Assembly (NCBI GenBank): GCA_963667785.2
Contig: CAXXMU010000001.1
Location: 448,001-512,000, forward strand
Direction: 5' to 3'
Length of the DNA stretch: 64,000 nucleotides
Source of the DNA: Alphaproteobacteria bacterium
GTDB taxonomy: Bacteria; Pseudomonadota; Alphaproteobacteria; UBA828
Positions 43,942-53,892 of the stretch are shown here, piece after piece. The position numbers were made by a program, and so were the translations under genes. A model generated the notes under the pieces. The model saw only the letters and a program-made list of their open reading frames with translations, searched no databases and had not been told where the DNA came from. Each line of letters opens with the position of its first letter. The first letter of the stretch is position 1.

Positions 43942-44331
43942 TCAGGAGTCGGCGGCGGCCAGCGCCTCGATCTCGATCAGCCAGCGCTCGTCGGCGAGGC
44001 CGGCGACGATCAGCAGCGTGGACGCCGCCTGATGGCCTTTCAGGTGGCGGTCCCTGATGTCGCGATAGGCTAGGAGGTGGGCGCGGTCCACCAGCAGCGC
44101 GCGGACGATCACGAGATTGTCCATCGTCATGCCGGCGGCGGCGAGCAGGGCGGCGATGTTGCGCCAGACCTGATCGCTCTGTGCCTCGAAGCCGTCGGCC
44201 AGCGTCCCGTCAGGCGCGGTGCCCACCTGGCCGGAGATGTGGAGCCAGCGCTTGCCGGGCCCGACTTCGGCCGCCTGGCTGTAGAACGACGCGGGCGACG
44301 GAACGGTATCCGGATTGTGAAGCGTGATCAT
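43942..44331 (-). CDS. Rid (YjgF/RidA) family protein
   Basis: YSQA, ISGQVG, ASTLLIVAGL, IEIEALAA. Confidence 0.88.
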   Translation of the reverse strand: MITLHNPDTVPSPASFYSQAAEVGPGKRWLHISGQVGTAPDGTLADGFEAQSDQVWRNIAALLAAAGMTMDNLVIVRALLVDRAHLLAYRDIRDRHLKGHQAASTLLIVAGLADERWLIEIEALAAADS

Positions 44332-44385
44332 CGTGTCTCTCCCTGCCGGGGCATGCCGTGGCTCCCGTGATGCGAGCGGCTGTGC

Positions 44386-45579
44386 TCACACCATGGCGAT
44401 CGCGTAGATCTCGTGCAGATAGCCCTCGAGATAGAGGCCGGTGCAGCCGATGGGCGTCCAGGCCGGGCCGCGGCCCTGCGTGAATAGCTCGCTCCCCACC
44501 GCCATCACCGTCTCCCAGGCTCTCGGGTCCTTGTGGAAGGAGACGATCTCGACGATGTCGTCGAGGCCGGCGCCGTGCTTCTCCAGCACGCCCCGAATCT
44601 GGCTGAAGCAGTAGTGCGCCTGGGAGGCGACATCGCCGCGGGCGATGATGTTCTGCTCCCCGTCCGAGGCGACCTGGCCGGAGATGCCGATGAGCCGCCC
44701 CTTGGCCTTGCGGCTCGCGCCCGAGATGCGCTGTTCGTGCCAGTGGACGCTGGGCAGGTTGTGCGCGACGCGGGGGCCTGCGCTGAAGTCCGCGATCGCC
44801 CGGTAGCAGCCGACCTGGCCCATGCGGTGGAGGCCGGTCATGCCGATCGCCGTGTAGGAGGTGGCCTCGCCGACGGAAATCCCCGCTACCGTCTCGTTGC
44901 ACCAGGTATCGACGGCCGCATCCATGCCGCGGGCGTCGTGATTGAAGCAGATCATGTCGACGATGTCGTCGAGCGACCCGCCCGCCGTGCTCATGACGTC
45001 CTTGAGCCGGTCGTAGCAGAAGCGCGCCTGCGCCATGTGATCGGCCGGCGCCACCACCGCGCCTCCATCGTCGGCGGCGACGATGCCGCTGGTGAAGAGG
45101 TAGTCGCCCTTGCGGCAAGCGGGCGACATGGGGAGGCCCTCCATCCAGCCGAAGCCGGCGGGACTCACGGCCTCCCTCTCGCCCGACCCCGCATGCGCGA
45201 TCACGCGGACCACCACCTCGATGCCCGGATCGTGGCCGCCCACCATGCCGAGCGCGGTCCACGCCGGGTAGGGCGCTGCGAACGCCTCGCGGCCGGCGGT
45301 GAACACCGAGTCCATCGTGCGCGGGTCCTTGTGGAAGGTCATGACGTCGAGCACGTCGTCCATGCCGGCGCCGGCCTCCTCCAGCACGGCACGCGTCCGG
45401 GCGAAGGCGTTGCGCGCCTGAGCCTCGGCATCGCCGGGGTCCGTCACCCGGCCGTCGTCGGTCACGCTCGCCTGACCCGAGAGGAACACGAGATCGCCGG
45501 TCCGCACCGCTGCCGAGGCCGGGCGCGCGCTCATCCAGGCTTCGCTCGCGGGCGTGAGGTGGGTGCGGTCGTCGGCCAT
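44386..45579 (-). CDS. Triple tandem Rid-domain protein
   Basis: Three ~130-aa repeats, each with SG(Q/I), AQA/SQA, (M/L)DD(V/I) and (W/Y)TxxG. Confidence 0.85.
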   Translation of the reverse strand: MADDRTHLTPASEAWMSARPASAAVRTGDLVFLSGQASVTDDGRVTDPGDAEAQARNAFARTRAVLEEAGAGMDDVLDVMTFHKDPRTMDSVFTAGREAFAAPYPAWTALGMVGGHDPGIEVVVRVIAHAGSGEREAVSPAGFGWMEGLPMSPACRKGDYLFTSGIVAADDGGAVVAPADHMAQARFCYDRLKDVMSTAGGSLDDIVDMICFNHDARGMDAAVDTWCNETVAGISVGEATSYTAIGMTGLHRMGQVGCYRAIADFSAGPRVAHNLPSVHWHEQRISGASRKAKGRLIGISGQVASDGEQNIIARGDVASQAHYCFSQIRGVLEKHGAGLDDIVEIVSFHKDPRAWETVMAVGSELFTQGRGPAWTPIGCTGLYLEGYLHEIYAIAMV

Positions 45580-45601
45580 CCCGGTGTCCTCCTCTGGGCG
45601 G

Positions 45602-47323
45602 TCAGGGGTGCCGGATGACCGGCAGCTCGATATATGACGGGCGCGCCGTGTCGTGGAACACGGTCTGGTGCGCGGGCTGGAGGTCGAAGGCGTGCTCGGC
45701 CCCGATCGGCCCGCCGGTGTTCGGGTTGCGGTCGAAGGCAGGATAGTTGCTGCTCGACACCTCGACCCGAACGCGGTGACCGGCGCGGAACGTGTGGCAG
45801 ATCACGCCCACGTCGATGTCGAATTCGTAGACTCGGTGGGGCTCGAGCGGGACTTCGGCTTCCCGGCTCTCCCGGAAGCGGCCGCGGATCACGCCCTCGA
45901 AGAGGTTGATCGCGCGTCCGTCAGGCTCCACGTCGCAAAGCTTGACCGTGAAGTCGGTGTCGGTGGCGCTGGTCGCCGCAGCGAGGCGCGCCGTGACGAA
46001 GCCGGCGGCGAAGCAGGGCGCGTCCAGCGGCGGCGAGGTGTAGACCAGCACGTCGTTGCGGTACTCGACCGGGCGCTGGTCCATCGGCCCCATGGGCGCG
46101 GTCGCGGGCAGGCAGCAGGAATGGCCGCCCATGCTCGGCACCGGGTCGAAGGGGTTGTAGACGAAGAAGTCCGGCGGCTCGTCGCCCGGCGGCTCCCGGT
46201 CGAGGGTGCCGTCGCCGCTCAGCGAGTTGGCGCGGCCGCCGCTGTGGAGGTACCAGCGCTCATGGCCGGCGCCGGCGAGCGGCCAGGCGTCGGCGTCGTG
46301 CCAGCGGTTCTCGCCTGTGACGAAGACGCGCACCGGCGGCAGCGCCTCCAGCGCGGCGGGGTCGTCCTTCAGCCAGGCGTCGAACCAGGCGCGCTCGTAG
46401 AGGCTGACGGTGTTCTTCGCGTCGTCGCCGAAGTCGATCGCGCCGACCTGCTGGGTCCACGGGATGTGATACCAGGGGCCGACGAGCAGCCGGTGCTCGG
46501 CCCGGCCGGCGGCGCTCAGCTCCTCGTAGGCCGCGATGGTCTGCGGGATGAAGCTGTCGTACCAGCCGCTGACGTGGAGGCAGGGCACGTCGATCCTGCC
46601 GAGGCGCGGCGCGAGCTCCCATTCCTCCCAGTAGGCGTCGTGGGCCGGGTGATCGACATAGTCCTTGAGGAAGGGGAGCAGGTCCGGCGTCTCGAGGAAG
46701 GGAATGTCCCTGAGCGAGAGCGCCGCCGGCCAGCGGCCGCAGGCGCTCGCCGCGGCGCCGATGGTCTCCAGGACCTGCGTATCAGCCCTCCGGCGTGCCG
46801 CTTCGCCCGCGATGATGATGGCCCAGTCCATCACCGCGGCGAGTCCGAAGGTGCCGCCGACATGGGTGAAGCCCTCGTACATGCCGCCGGGGTAGAAGCC
46901 GGGCACCGCGGCGGCGAGGTGCGGGGGCCGCAGGGCGGCGGCGAGCAATTGGTTCACGCCGGGGATGGAGAAGCCGAAGCTGCCGACCCGGCCGTTGCAC
47001 CAGGGCTGTGCCGCACACCATTCGATGGTGTCGTAGCCGTCCTCGGCGTCGAGACGGAGCGGGTAGAACTCGCCCTCCGAGGTGTAGCGTCCGCGGCTGT
47101 CCTGGATTACCACGGCATAGCCGTGGCGCGCATAGACCGCGGGGTGGTCGTAGACGTAGGTCTGGGCGACGCGCTTGTCGTAGGGTTGACGCTGGACCAG
47201 GGCAGGGTGAGGCCCGCCCGCGGCCGGCCGCCAGACGTCGCAGGCGAGCCGCACGCCGTCCCGCATCCGCACCATGACGTCGGTCTCGGCCACGATCCCG
47301 GCGGCGTCGCGCGCATCCACCAT
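45602..47323 (-). CDS. CocE/NonD family hydrolase
   Basis: MRDGVRLACD, QDSRGRYTSEG, GFSIPG nucleophile, GWYDSF, GPWYH. Confidence 0.9.
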   Translation of the reverse strand: MVDARDAAGIVAETDVMVRMRDGVRLACDVWRPAAGGPHPALVQRQPYDKRVAQTYVYDHPAVYARHGYAVVIQDSRGRYTSEGEFYPLRLDAEDGYDTIEWCAAQPWCNGRVGSFGFSIPGVNQLLAAALRPPHLAAAVPGFYPGGMYEGFTHVGGTFGLAAVMDWAIIIAGEAARRRADTQVLETIGAAASACGRWPAALSLRDIPFLETPDLLPFLKDYVDHPAHDAYWEEWELAPRLGRIDVPCLHVSGWYDSFIPQTIAAYEELSAAGRAEHRLLVGPWYHIPWTQQVGAIDFGDDAKNTVSLYERAWFDAWLKDDPAALEALPPVRVFVTGENRWHDADAWPLAGAGHERWYLHSGGRANSLSGDGTLDREPPGDEPPDFFVYNPFDPVPSMGGHSCCLPATAPMGPMDQRPVEYRNDVLVYTSPPLDAPCFAAGFVTARLAAATSATDTDFTVKLCDVEPDGRAINLFEGVIRGRFRESREAEVPLEPHRVYEFDIDVGVICHTFRAGHRVRVEVSSSNYPAFDRNPNTGGPIGAEHAFDLQPAHQTVFHDTARPSYIELPVIRHP

Positions 47324-47536
47324 TCGCGTCCCTCAAGGTCCGGCGGGAGCCTAGCCCGCATTTCTCGCCAGGGCCACGGTCTGCGTCGCGCGGAGCGCGC
47401 GCGGGGCGCGACCCGAAGGGCGACGCTCTCCGGCCGGTCGAAACGGGCGGCAATTGACTCGTCCCGGCTGCGGGCGTCACACTCGACCAAGCGAAGGACA
47501 ATCGCAGAAATCAGCATCGCAAGGGGAGGGAGACCA

Positions 47537-48676
47537 GTGAGGATCATGGTAACGAACAGGCTCGTCCGATGGGCGATCGCCGCCGGCGTAGGCGTCGCGC
47601 TCGCCGCCGGCGTGACGGCCGAAAAGGCCGAGGCCAAGACCGAGGACGGCAAATTCCTCGTCTATTACAGCATGAGCTATGTCGGCAATGCGTGGCAGAC
47701 GGAGGCCAAGAACACCGTCATCGCCATGGCCAAGGCGCCGCAGTACCGCGACCGGGTGGAGCTCCGGGTCCAGGCCTCGGGTCCCGACGCGCAGAAGCAG
47801 ATCCAGCAGATGAACGCGATGATCGCGGCCGGCGCGGATGCCATCGTGGCCTTCCCGATCTCGCCGACGGCGCTCAACAAGGTCATCAAGAACGCCTGCA
47901 AGAAGGGCGTGGTCGTGGCCGTGATCAACGGCGTGACCGAGCCCTGCGCCTATGTCGTGAAGATCGACGGCGTGGCGCTCGGCGACTACCGCACCCAGTA
48001 CGTGGTCGACCAGATGGGCGGCAAGGGCAACATCGTCGCGATCACCGGCGTGCCCGGCGTCTCCTACGGCGAGGACCACCACAAGGGCTTCAAGCAGGCC
48101 GTGGAACGGCACCCCGACGTCAACGTGCTGGCCGAGCTGGTGGGCATGTGGAGCCACTCGGAAGCCCGCCTCAAGATGCGCGAGCTGCTGGCCACCCATA
48201 GCTGGGCGGACATCGACGGCATCGTGGCGCAGACCGGGTGCTACACCGTCTCCCAGATGCAGGTGGAGGACGGCTGGTGGCCCGACAACCCGATCATCCC
48301 GTGTGCGGGCGAATCCGCCAACGGCAACCGGCTGCAGATGCTGCCGGTCGATTCCGGGATCGAGGGCGCGCTCGGCAAGGTCGGCCAGTCGATCGGCTCC
48401 GGCCTCTGGGCGGTGTCCTACACCTTCAAGACCGCCATGGAGGTGCTCGACGGCAATGAGGACGTTCCGCACCTCAGGTGGTACACCGGCGTCGAGGTCA
48501 CGCAGGACAACGTGAAGCTCTGCGAGAACGGCACGGCCGAGGAGTTCGCCGCGGGCTGCAACACGATCAGGCCCGGTCTCGTGCCGCCCGACTATGCCAT
48601 CGACTTCTGGTCGCCGCAGGTGCCCGAGCTCGGCTTCCGCGCGGCCACCGAAGGGATGCTGGACGACGAGTCCTGA
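47537..48676 (+). CDS. Sugar-type ABC transporter substrate-binding protein
   Basis: Signal peptide; YVGNAWQ, QIQQMNAMIAAGADAI; GGAGGG RBS before the GTG. Confidence 0.88.
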   Translation: MRIMVTNRLVRWAIAAGVGVALAAGVTAEKAEAKTEDGKFLVYYSMSYVGNAWQTEAKNTVIAMAKAPQYRDRVELRVQASGPDAQKQIQQMNAMIAAGADAIVAFPISPTALNKVIKNACKKGVVVAVINGVTEPCAYVVKIDGVALGDYRTQYVVDQMGGKGNIVAITGVPGVSYGEDHHKGFKQAVERHPDVNVLAELVGMWSHSEARLKMRELLATHSWADIDGIVAQTGCYTVSQMQVEDGWWPDNPIIPCAGESANGNRLQMLPVDSGIEGALGKVGQSIGSGLWAVSYTFKTAMEVLDGNEDVPHLRWYTGVEVTQDNVKLCENGTAEEFAAGCNTIRPGLVPPDYAIDFWSPQVPELGFRAATEGMLDDES

Positions 48677-48777
48677 GGGATCGGCGGCTCGTCCGCCATG
48701 ATCCATCGCTCTCGCTGCGCCGGGGCCCACAGCAAGCCAGACGGGGCTCCGGCGCACACTCTTCGGCGCCGGCACGC

Positions 48778-50331
48778 ATGAACGATGCGGCGCCCGCGAT
48801 CGCGGTCGAGGGCCTTTCCAAGCGGTTCGGCGCGACCGTCGCCCTCGATGACGTAAGCTTCTCCATTCCGCAGGGCGAAATTCGCGCCCTGATCGGCGAG
48901 AACGGCGCCGGCAAGTCCACGCTCGTCAAGATCCTGGCCGGGCTCGTCCGCGAGGACGCCGGCGACATCCGCGTCTTCGGCGACGACGTGGCGATCGGCC
49001 GGCCCGCGCGGGCGCACGCGCTCGGTATCCAGACCGCGTTTCAGGAAATGACCCTGATCGACGATCTGACGGTGACCCAGAACATGCTGCTGCCCTACGA
49101 GCCGCTGGTCGCGGGCCAGATCGACCGGCGCGGCAGCAAGCGCACGGTCGCCCGGCACTTCGCCCGTCTCGGCCTCGACGACGTGGACCCCAACGCGCTG
49201 GTGAGCGACCTCGCGCTGTCCACCCGCCAGAAGATCGAGATCGCCAAGGCGGTGGCGCGGGAGCCCCGGGTGCTGCTGCTGGACGAGCCGACGTCGACGC
49301 TCTCCGCCGCCGACGTGGACTGGCTCGGCGCGCTCATCGAGAGCCTCAACGCCGACGGCATGACCGTCGTCTTCATCTCGCACCGCATGGCGGAGGTGCG
49401 CCGCTTCTGCCGCAGCCTGACCGTGCTTCGCAACGGCAGTCACGTCGGCTCCTACGGGATCGACGACGTGAGCGACGACGAGGTGGTGCGCCTCGTCATC
49501 GGCCGCTCCCTCGGCGCGATCTACCCGGAACGCGAGGACTACCGCCGCACGGACGCCGAGGCGCCGGCCTTCGCCGGCGACGGGCTCAGGATCGGCGGCA
49601 CGCTGGACGATCTCTCCTTCCAGCTCTGGCCCGGCGAGGTGCTGGGTATCGGCGCGCTCCAGGGCATGGGCCAGCGCGAGCTCTTCGAGGCGCTCTTCGG
49701 CGAGCGCGGCTTGGATGGCGGCACCATCAGCCTCGGCGGCCGGCCTCTGACGATGGCCTCGCCCGCCGATGCCGTGCGCGCCGGCATCAGCATGGTGCCG
49801 GAGGACCGCAAGACCGAGGCGCTGTTTCTCCGGCTCACCGGCGGCGCCAACGCCTCGATCCCGATCATCGACCGCTTCGCCACCGCCGGCTGGATCGACC
49901 GCAGGGCCGAGGCCGCCGCCGTCGACGAGGTGCTGAACGACCTGCAGGTGCACCCCCGCGCGCTCTACAAGACGGCGTCCTCGTTCTCCGGCGGCAACCA
50001 GCAGAAGATCGCCATCGCCAAGTGGCTGCTGGCGCAGAGCTCCGTCCTGCTCACCTTCGATCCGACGCGCGGCGTCGATATCGGCACCAAGCACGAGATC
50101 TACGTGCTGATCCGGGCGCTGGCCAGGGCCGGCGTCGCCATCCTCTACTACACCACCGAGATTCCGGAGCTCGTGAACATCTGCGACCGGGTGCTGGTCA
50201 TGTACCGCGGGCGCATCGTGAGCGAGCTCGTCGGCGACGAGATCACCGAGCAGGGCATCATGGGTTACGCGCTCGGCGCCGAGGGTGCGGAAGCGGCGGC
50301 GTCCCCGGCGGGCGCAGGGGCGGGCGGGTGA
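48778..50331 (+). CDS. Sugar ABC transporter ATPase (two ABC domains)
   Basis: GENGAGKST, DEPT, PEDRK, SGGNQQK, PTRGVDIG. Confidence 0.92.
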   Translation: MNDAAPAIAVEGLSKRFGATVALDDVSFSIPQGEIRALIGENGAGKSTLVKILAGLVREDAGDIRVFGDDVAIGRPARAHALGIQTAFQEMTLIDDLTVTQNMLLPYEPLVAGQIDRRGSKRTVARHFARLGLDDVDPNALVSDLALSTRQKIEIAKAVAREPRVLLLDEPTSTLSAADVDWLGALIESLNADGMTVVFISHRMAEVRRFCRSLTVLRNGSHVGSYGIDDVSDDEVVRLVIGRSLGAIYPEREDYRRTDAEAPAFAGDGLRIGGTLDDLSFQLWPGEVLGIGALQGMGQRELFEALFGERGLDGGTISLGGRPLTMASPADAVRAGISMVPEDRKTEALFLRLTGGANASIPIIDRFATAGWIDRRAEAAAVDEVLNDLQVHPRALYKTASSFSGGNQQKIAIAKWLLAQSSVLLTFDPTRGVDIGTKHEIYVLIRALARAGVAILYYTTEIPELVNICDRVLVMYRGRIVSELVGDEITEQGIMGYALGAEGAEAAASPAGAGAGG

Positions 50332-52406
50332 GCGAGGTTCCCCTCGCGCGGGTGCCGCGCCTCTCCTGGCAGCAGGGGCTCGCGCGCAACCGCCGCCTGC
50401 TCGTCGCGGTCACGGCCTTCATTGGCATCTTCGTCTGCCTGGACGTGATCTCGCCCGGCCCCATCAGCTACTTCGAGATCAACTTCCTCTCGTCGAACAC
50501 CGGCCCGCTCGCCTTCGCCGCCATGGGCCAGACGGTGGTCTTCCTGATCGGCGGCTTCGACCTCTCCTGCGGCGCGGTGCTCTCGCTCGTCAACGTCATC
50601 ATGGCGCTGCACACCTCGGATTCTCTCTGGAGCCAGGTGCTCATGTGCTTCGCGGGCCTCGGCATCGGGGCCGCGGTCGGCGCGATCAACGGCTTCTTCA
50701 TCGCCTACGGCAGGCTGCAGCCGGTGGTCGTCACGCTCGCCGTCATGTTCATCATCCTCGGCCTCAATCTGCTGCTGATGCCGGACCCGGGCGGCTACAT
50801 CCCCTACGGCCTCTCCATGGTCTTCACCGGCGACCTGATCCCCGACGGCTTCCCGGCGGCGCTCCTCGTCATCCTGCTGGCGCTCGGCCTCTGGGCGCTG
50901 ATCAAGCGCTCGCGCTTCGGCACCGCGCTCTACGCCGTCGGCAGCAACGAGGACGCCGCCTTCGCCAACGGCATCTCGGTGGCGCGGACGAAGTTCCTCG
51001 GCTACACCCTGGCCGGCACCTTCTACGGCGCGGGCGGCGTCTTCCTCAGCGCCCAGACCAGCTCCGGCGACCCGCTGGTGGGCAGCGGCATGCTGCTGCT
51101 CATCTTCGCCGCGACGATCCTCGGCGGCACCCGCATCGGCGGCGGCGAGGGCGGCTGCCTCGGTACCGTGTTCGCCGCCTTCACCCTGATGCTGATCTCC
51201 AACGTGCTGATCGTGCTCAACTGGTCCACGCACGTCATGCCGATCACCGAGGCTGTGATCCTTCTGCTGGCGGTGGTCGGCGCCTCCATCGGGCGCGACA
51301 CCTCGCTCGCGGAATACTGGCGGGTGACCGGCCTCAAGCTATCGGGCCTGCGCCACCGCAGCCTGCCGTCCTTCCACGGCAGCACGAAGGCGAGCGCGGG
51401 CAGGCTGGCCACGAGCTGGACCCCGCGGGTCAGCGACGAGCTCACGGGGCCGGGGCTCTGGCAATGGACCACCAGGAACTGGGATGTGCTGCGCCTGATG
51501 GTGCCGGCCTGGGTGCTGCTGGTGGTGGTCTACATCCTCGTGGTGGCGGTGATCGGCGGCGAGAGCGTGAGCGTCCACTACCTCAACTCGCTGCTGACGC
51601 TGGCGCTCTTCCTCGCCGTGCTCGGGCTCGGCCAGGGCGCGGTCGTGCTCACTGGCGGGCTCGACCTCTCGGTGCCGCACACGCTCGCGTTCACCGGCGT
51701 GGTTCTGGCCGCGGTCTGCAACGGGATGGACGGGCCGGCCTACTGGGCGGTGCCGATGGTGCTGGCCATCGGCATCGGCGTCGGCCTCTTCAACGGCATC
51801 GGCGTGGTGCTCTTCGGCATGCCGGCGATCGTCGTCACGCTCGCCACCAACGGCATCATGCAGGGCGCGGGCCTGCTCTTCACCGGCGGCATCCCCACCG
51901 GGCGCTCGCCGCCGGCGCTGGTGTGGTTCTTCACCGAGCGGCTCGCAGGCCTCGCGCCGGCGGTCTGGTTCTTCATCGGCTTCGCCGGCATCGCCTATGT
52001 GGTGCTGCACCGCACCACCTTCGGGCGGCGCGTCTTCGCGGTCGGCAACAGCGCGCGGGTGGCGCGGCTCTCGGGCGTCCGGGTCGACTGGACGACGCTC
52101 GGCGTCTACATGCTGAGCGGCTTCTGCTCGGCGCTTGCCGGCGTGCTGATGACCGGGTTCTCCACGGTCTCCTTCCTCAACATGGGCCAGCGCTTCCTGC
52201 TGCCGGCGATCGCCGTCGTGCTGGTGGGCGGCACGCTCGCCACCGGCGGGCGGGGGCACTATCTCGGCATCCTCGGCGGGGCGCTGCTGCTGACCGCGGT
52301 GGGCACGCTGGTCTCTGGCTCGGAGCTTCACTTCGCCTGGCGCGACATCATCTTCGGCATCGTCGTGCTCGGCGCCGTGCTGACGCTGCGCGAACGCGCG
52401 AGCTGA
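50328..52406 (+). CDS. Fused double RbsC-type ABC permease
   Basis: Two GG(F/L)DLS...G...(Y/F)AVG permease repeats; GTG start overlaps the ATPase stop. Confidence 0.88.
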   Translation: MSEVPLARVPRLSWQQGLARNRRLLVAVTAFIGIFVCLDVISPGPISYFEINFLSSNTGPLAFAAMGQTVVFLIGGFDLSCGAVLSLVNVIMALHTSDSLWSQVLMCFAGLGIGAAVGAINGFFIAYGRLQPVVVTLAVMFIILGLNLLLMPDPGGYIPYGLSMVFTGDLIPDGFPAALLVILLALGLWALIKRSRFGTALYAVGSNEDAAFANGISVARTKFLGYTLAGTFYGAGGVFLSAQTSSGDPLVGSGMLLLIFAATILGGTRIGGGEGGCLGTVFAAFTLMLISNVLIVLNWSTHVMPITEAVILLLAVVGASIGRDTSLAEYWRVTGLKLSGLRHRSLPSFHGSTKASAGRLATSWTPRVSDELTGPGLWQWTTRNWDVLRLMVPAWVLLVVVYILVVAVIGGESVSVHYLNSLLTLALFLAVLGLGQGAVVLTGGLDLSVPHTLAFTGVVLAAVCNGMDGPAYWAVPMVLAIGIGVGLFNGIGVVLFGMPAIVVTLATNGIMQGAGLLFTGGIPTGRSPPALVWFFTERLAGLAPAVWFFIGFAGIAYVVLHRTTFGRRVFAVGNSARVARLSGVRVDWTTLGVYMLSGFCSALAGVLMTGFSTVSFLNMGQRFLLPAIAVVLVGGTLATGGRGHYLGILGGALLLTAVGTLVSGSELHFAWRDIIFGIVVLGAVLTLRERAS

Positions 52407-52506
52407 GCGCCGCCGCTGAGCGCCGCCGCGCTTGCGGCGTCAGGGGCGCGCGGGTAGCCTCTCGCGCGCGGTTGCCTGCGGGGCCGCAACCACGAACCCG
52501 GTGCCC

Positions 52507-53868
52507 ATGCAAAAGCTCCTGATCGCGAACCGGGGCGAGATCGCCTGCCGGATCATGCGAAGCGCGCGGTCGCTCGGCATGGCGACGGTCGCGGTCTATT
52601 CCGAGGCGGATGCTGCCGCCCGCCACGTCGCCGAGGCCGACGAGGCGCTGCCGATCGGCCCCGCCGCGGCGAAGGACAGCTACCTCGTCGCCGAGAAGAT
52701 CATCGCGGCTGCGCGCGAGAGCGGCGCCGACAGCATCCATCCGGGCTACGGCTTCCTCGCCGAGAACGCCGCCTTCGCGGGAGCCGTCGAGGACGCCGGC
52801 CTCGTCTGGGTCGGCCCCAGGGCGGACAGCATCGCCGCCATGGGCGACAAGGAGCGCGCCCGCACGATCGCCGGCGACGCGGGCCTGCCCGTCGTCCCCG
52901 GCAGTGCCCGGCTCACGGCCGGCGACCTCTCCGGGCTCGACGCCGCCGCTCAGGCGATCGGCTATCCGCTGCTGGTGAAGGCGTCCGCCGGCGGCGGCGG
53001 CATCGGCATGCGGCAGGTGGACGAGCCGGCCCGGCTCGCCGAGGTCGTGGAGGCCACGCAGACCATGGCCGAGCGGGCCTTCGGCGACGGCACGGTCTAC
53101 CTGGAGAGGCTCGTGCGCCGCCCGCGCCATGTCGAGATCCAGGTCTTCGGGCTGGGCGACGGCGGCGGGGTCCACTTCATGGAGCGCGAGTGCTCGGTGC
53201 AGCGGCGCTTCCAGAAGATCGTCGAGGAGGCGCCGTCGCCGGCGGTCGGACCCGCGCTCAGGGCGCGCATGGCCGATGCCGCGCTCGCCCTGGTGGAGCG
53301 CGAGCGCTACCGCGGCGCCGGCACGGTCGAGTTCATCCTGGCGCCGGACGGGGCGTTCTACTTCCTGGAGATGAACACGCGCATCCAGGTGGAGCATCCC
53401 GTGACGGAGATGATCACCGGGATCGATCTGGTCGGGCTGCAGCTCAGGCTCGCGCGGGGCGACGACCTCTCGGGCCTCGCGCTGCCAGACGATGCGCCCG
53501 GCGGCCACGCCATCGAGTGCCGCATCTACGCGGAGAACCCGGACCGGAACTTCCTCCCGTCGCCGGGCCTGCTGGAGCGGTTCTCGCCGCCACCGGCCGG
53601 AGACGGAGTCCGGCTCGACACCGGGTTCGCGGAAGGCGACAGGGTCACGCCCTTCTACGATCCCATGATCGCCAAGCTCGTCGCCCACGGCGCGGATCGC
53701 GGCGCTGCCATCGAGAAGATGCTGGCGGCGCTCGGCGAGTTCCACGTGGACGGCATCGTCACCAATATCGACTTCCTGCGCCGGGTCGTCGCCCACGGCG
53801 CCTTTCGCGAGGGCGAGACCCATACCGGCTTCGTGGACGAGCATCGCGCCGCGCTCGCCGCGGCCTGA
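52507..53868 (+). CDS. Biotin carboxylase subunit
   Basis: LIANRGEIA, HPGYGFLAEN, GGGGIGM, RECSVQRR, EMNTRIQVEHPVTE, YDPMIAKL. Confidence 0.93.
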   Translation: MQKLLIANRGEIACRIMRSARSLGMATVAVYSEADAAARHVAEADEALPIGPAAAKDSYLVAEKIIAAARESGADSIHPGYGFLAENAAFAGAVEDAGLVWVGPRADSIAAMGDKERARTIAGDAGLPVVPGSARLTAGDLSGLDAAAQAIGYPLLVKASAGGGGIGMRQVDEPARLAEVVEATQTMAERAFGDGTVYLERLVRRPRHVEIQVFGLGDGGGVHFMERECSVQRRFQKIVEEAPSPAVGPALRARMADAALALVERERYRGAGTVEFILAPDGAFYFLEMNTRIQVEHPVTEMITGIDLVGLQLRLARGDDLSGLALPDDAPGGHAIECRIYAENPDRNFLPSPGLLERFSPPPAGDGVRLDTGFAEGDRVTPFYDPMIAKLVAHGADRGAAIEKMLAALGEFHVDGIVTNIDFLRRVVAHGAFREGETHTGFVDEHRAALAAA

Positions 53869-53892
53869 GCGCCCGCCCGAGGGAACAGAGCC

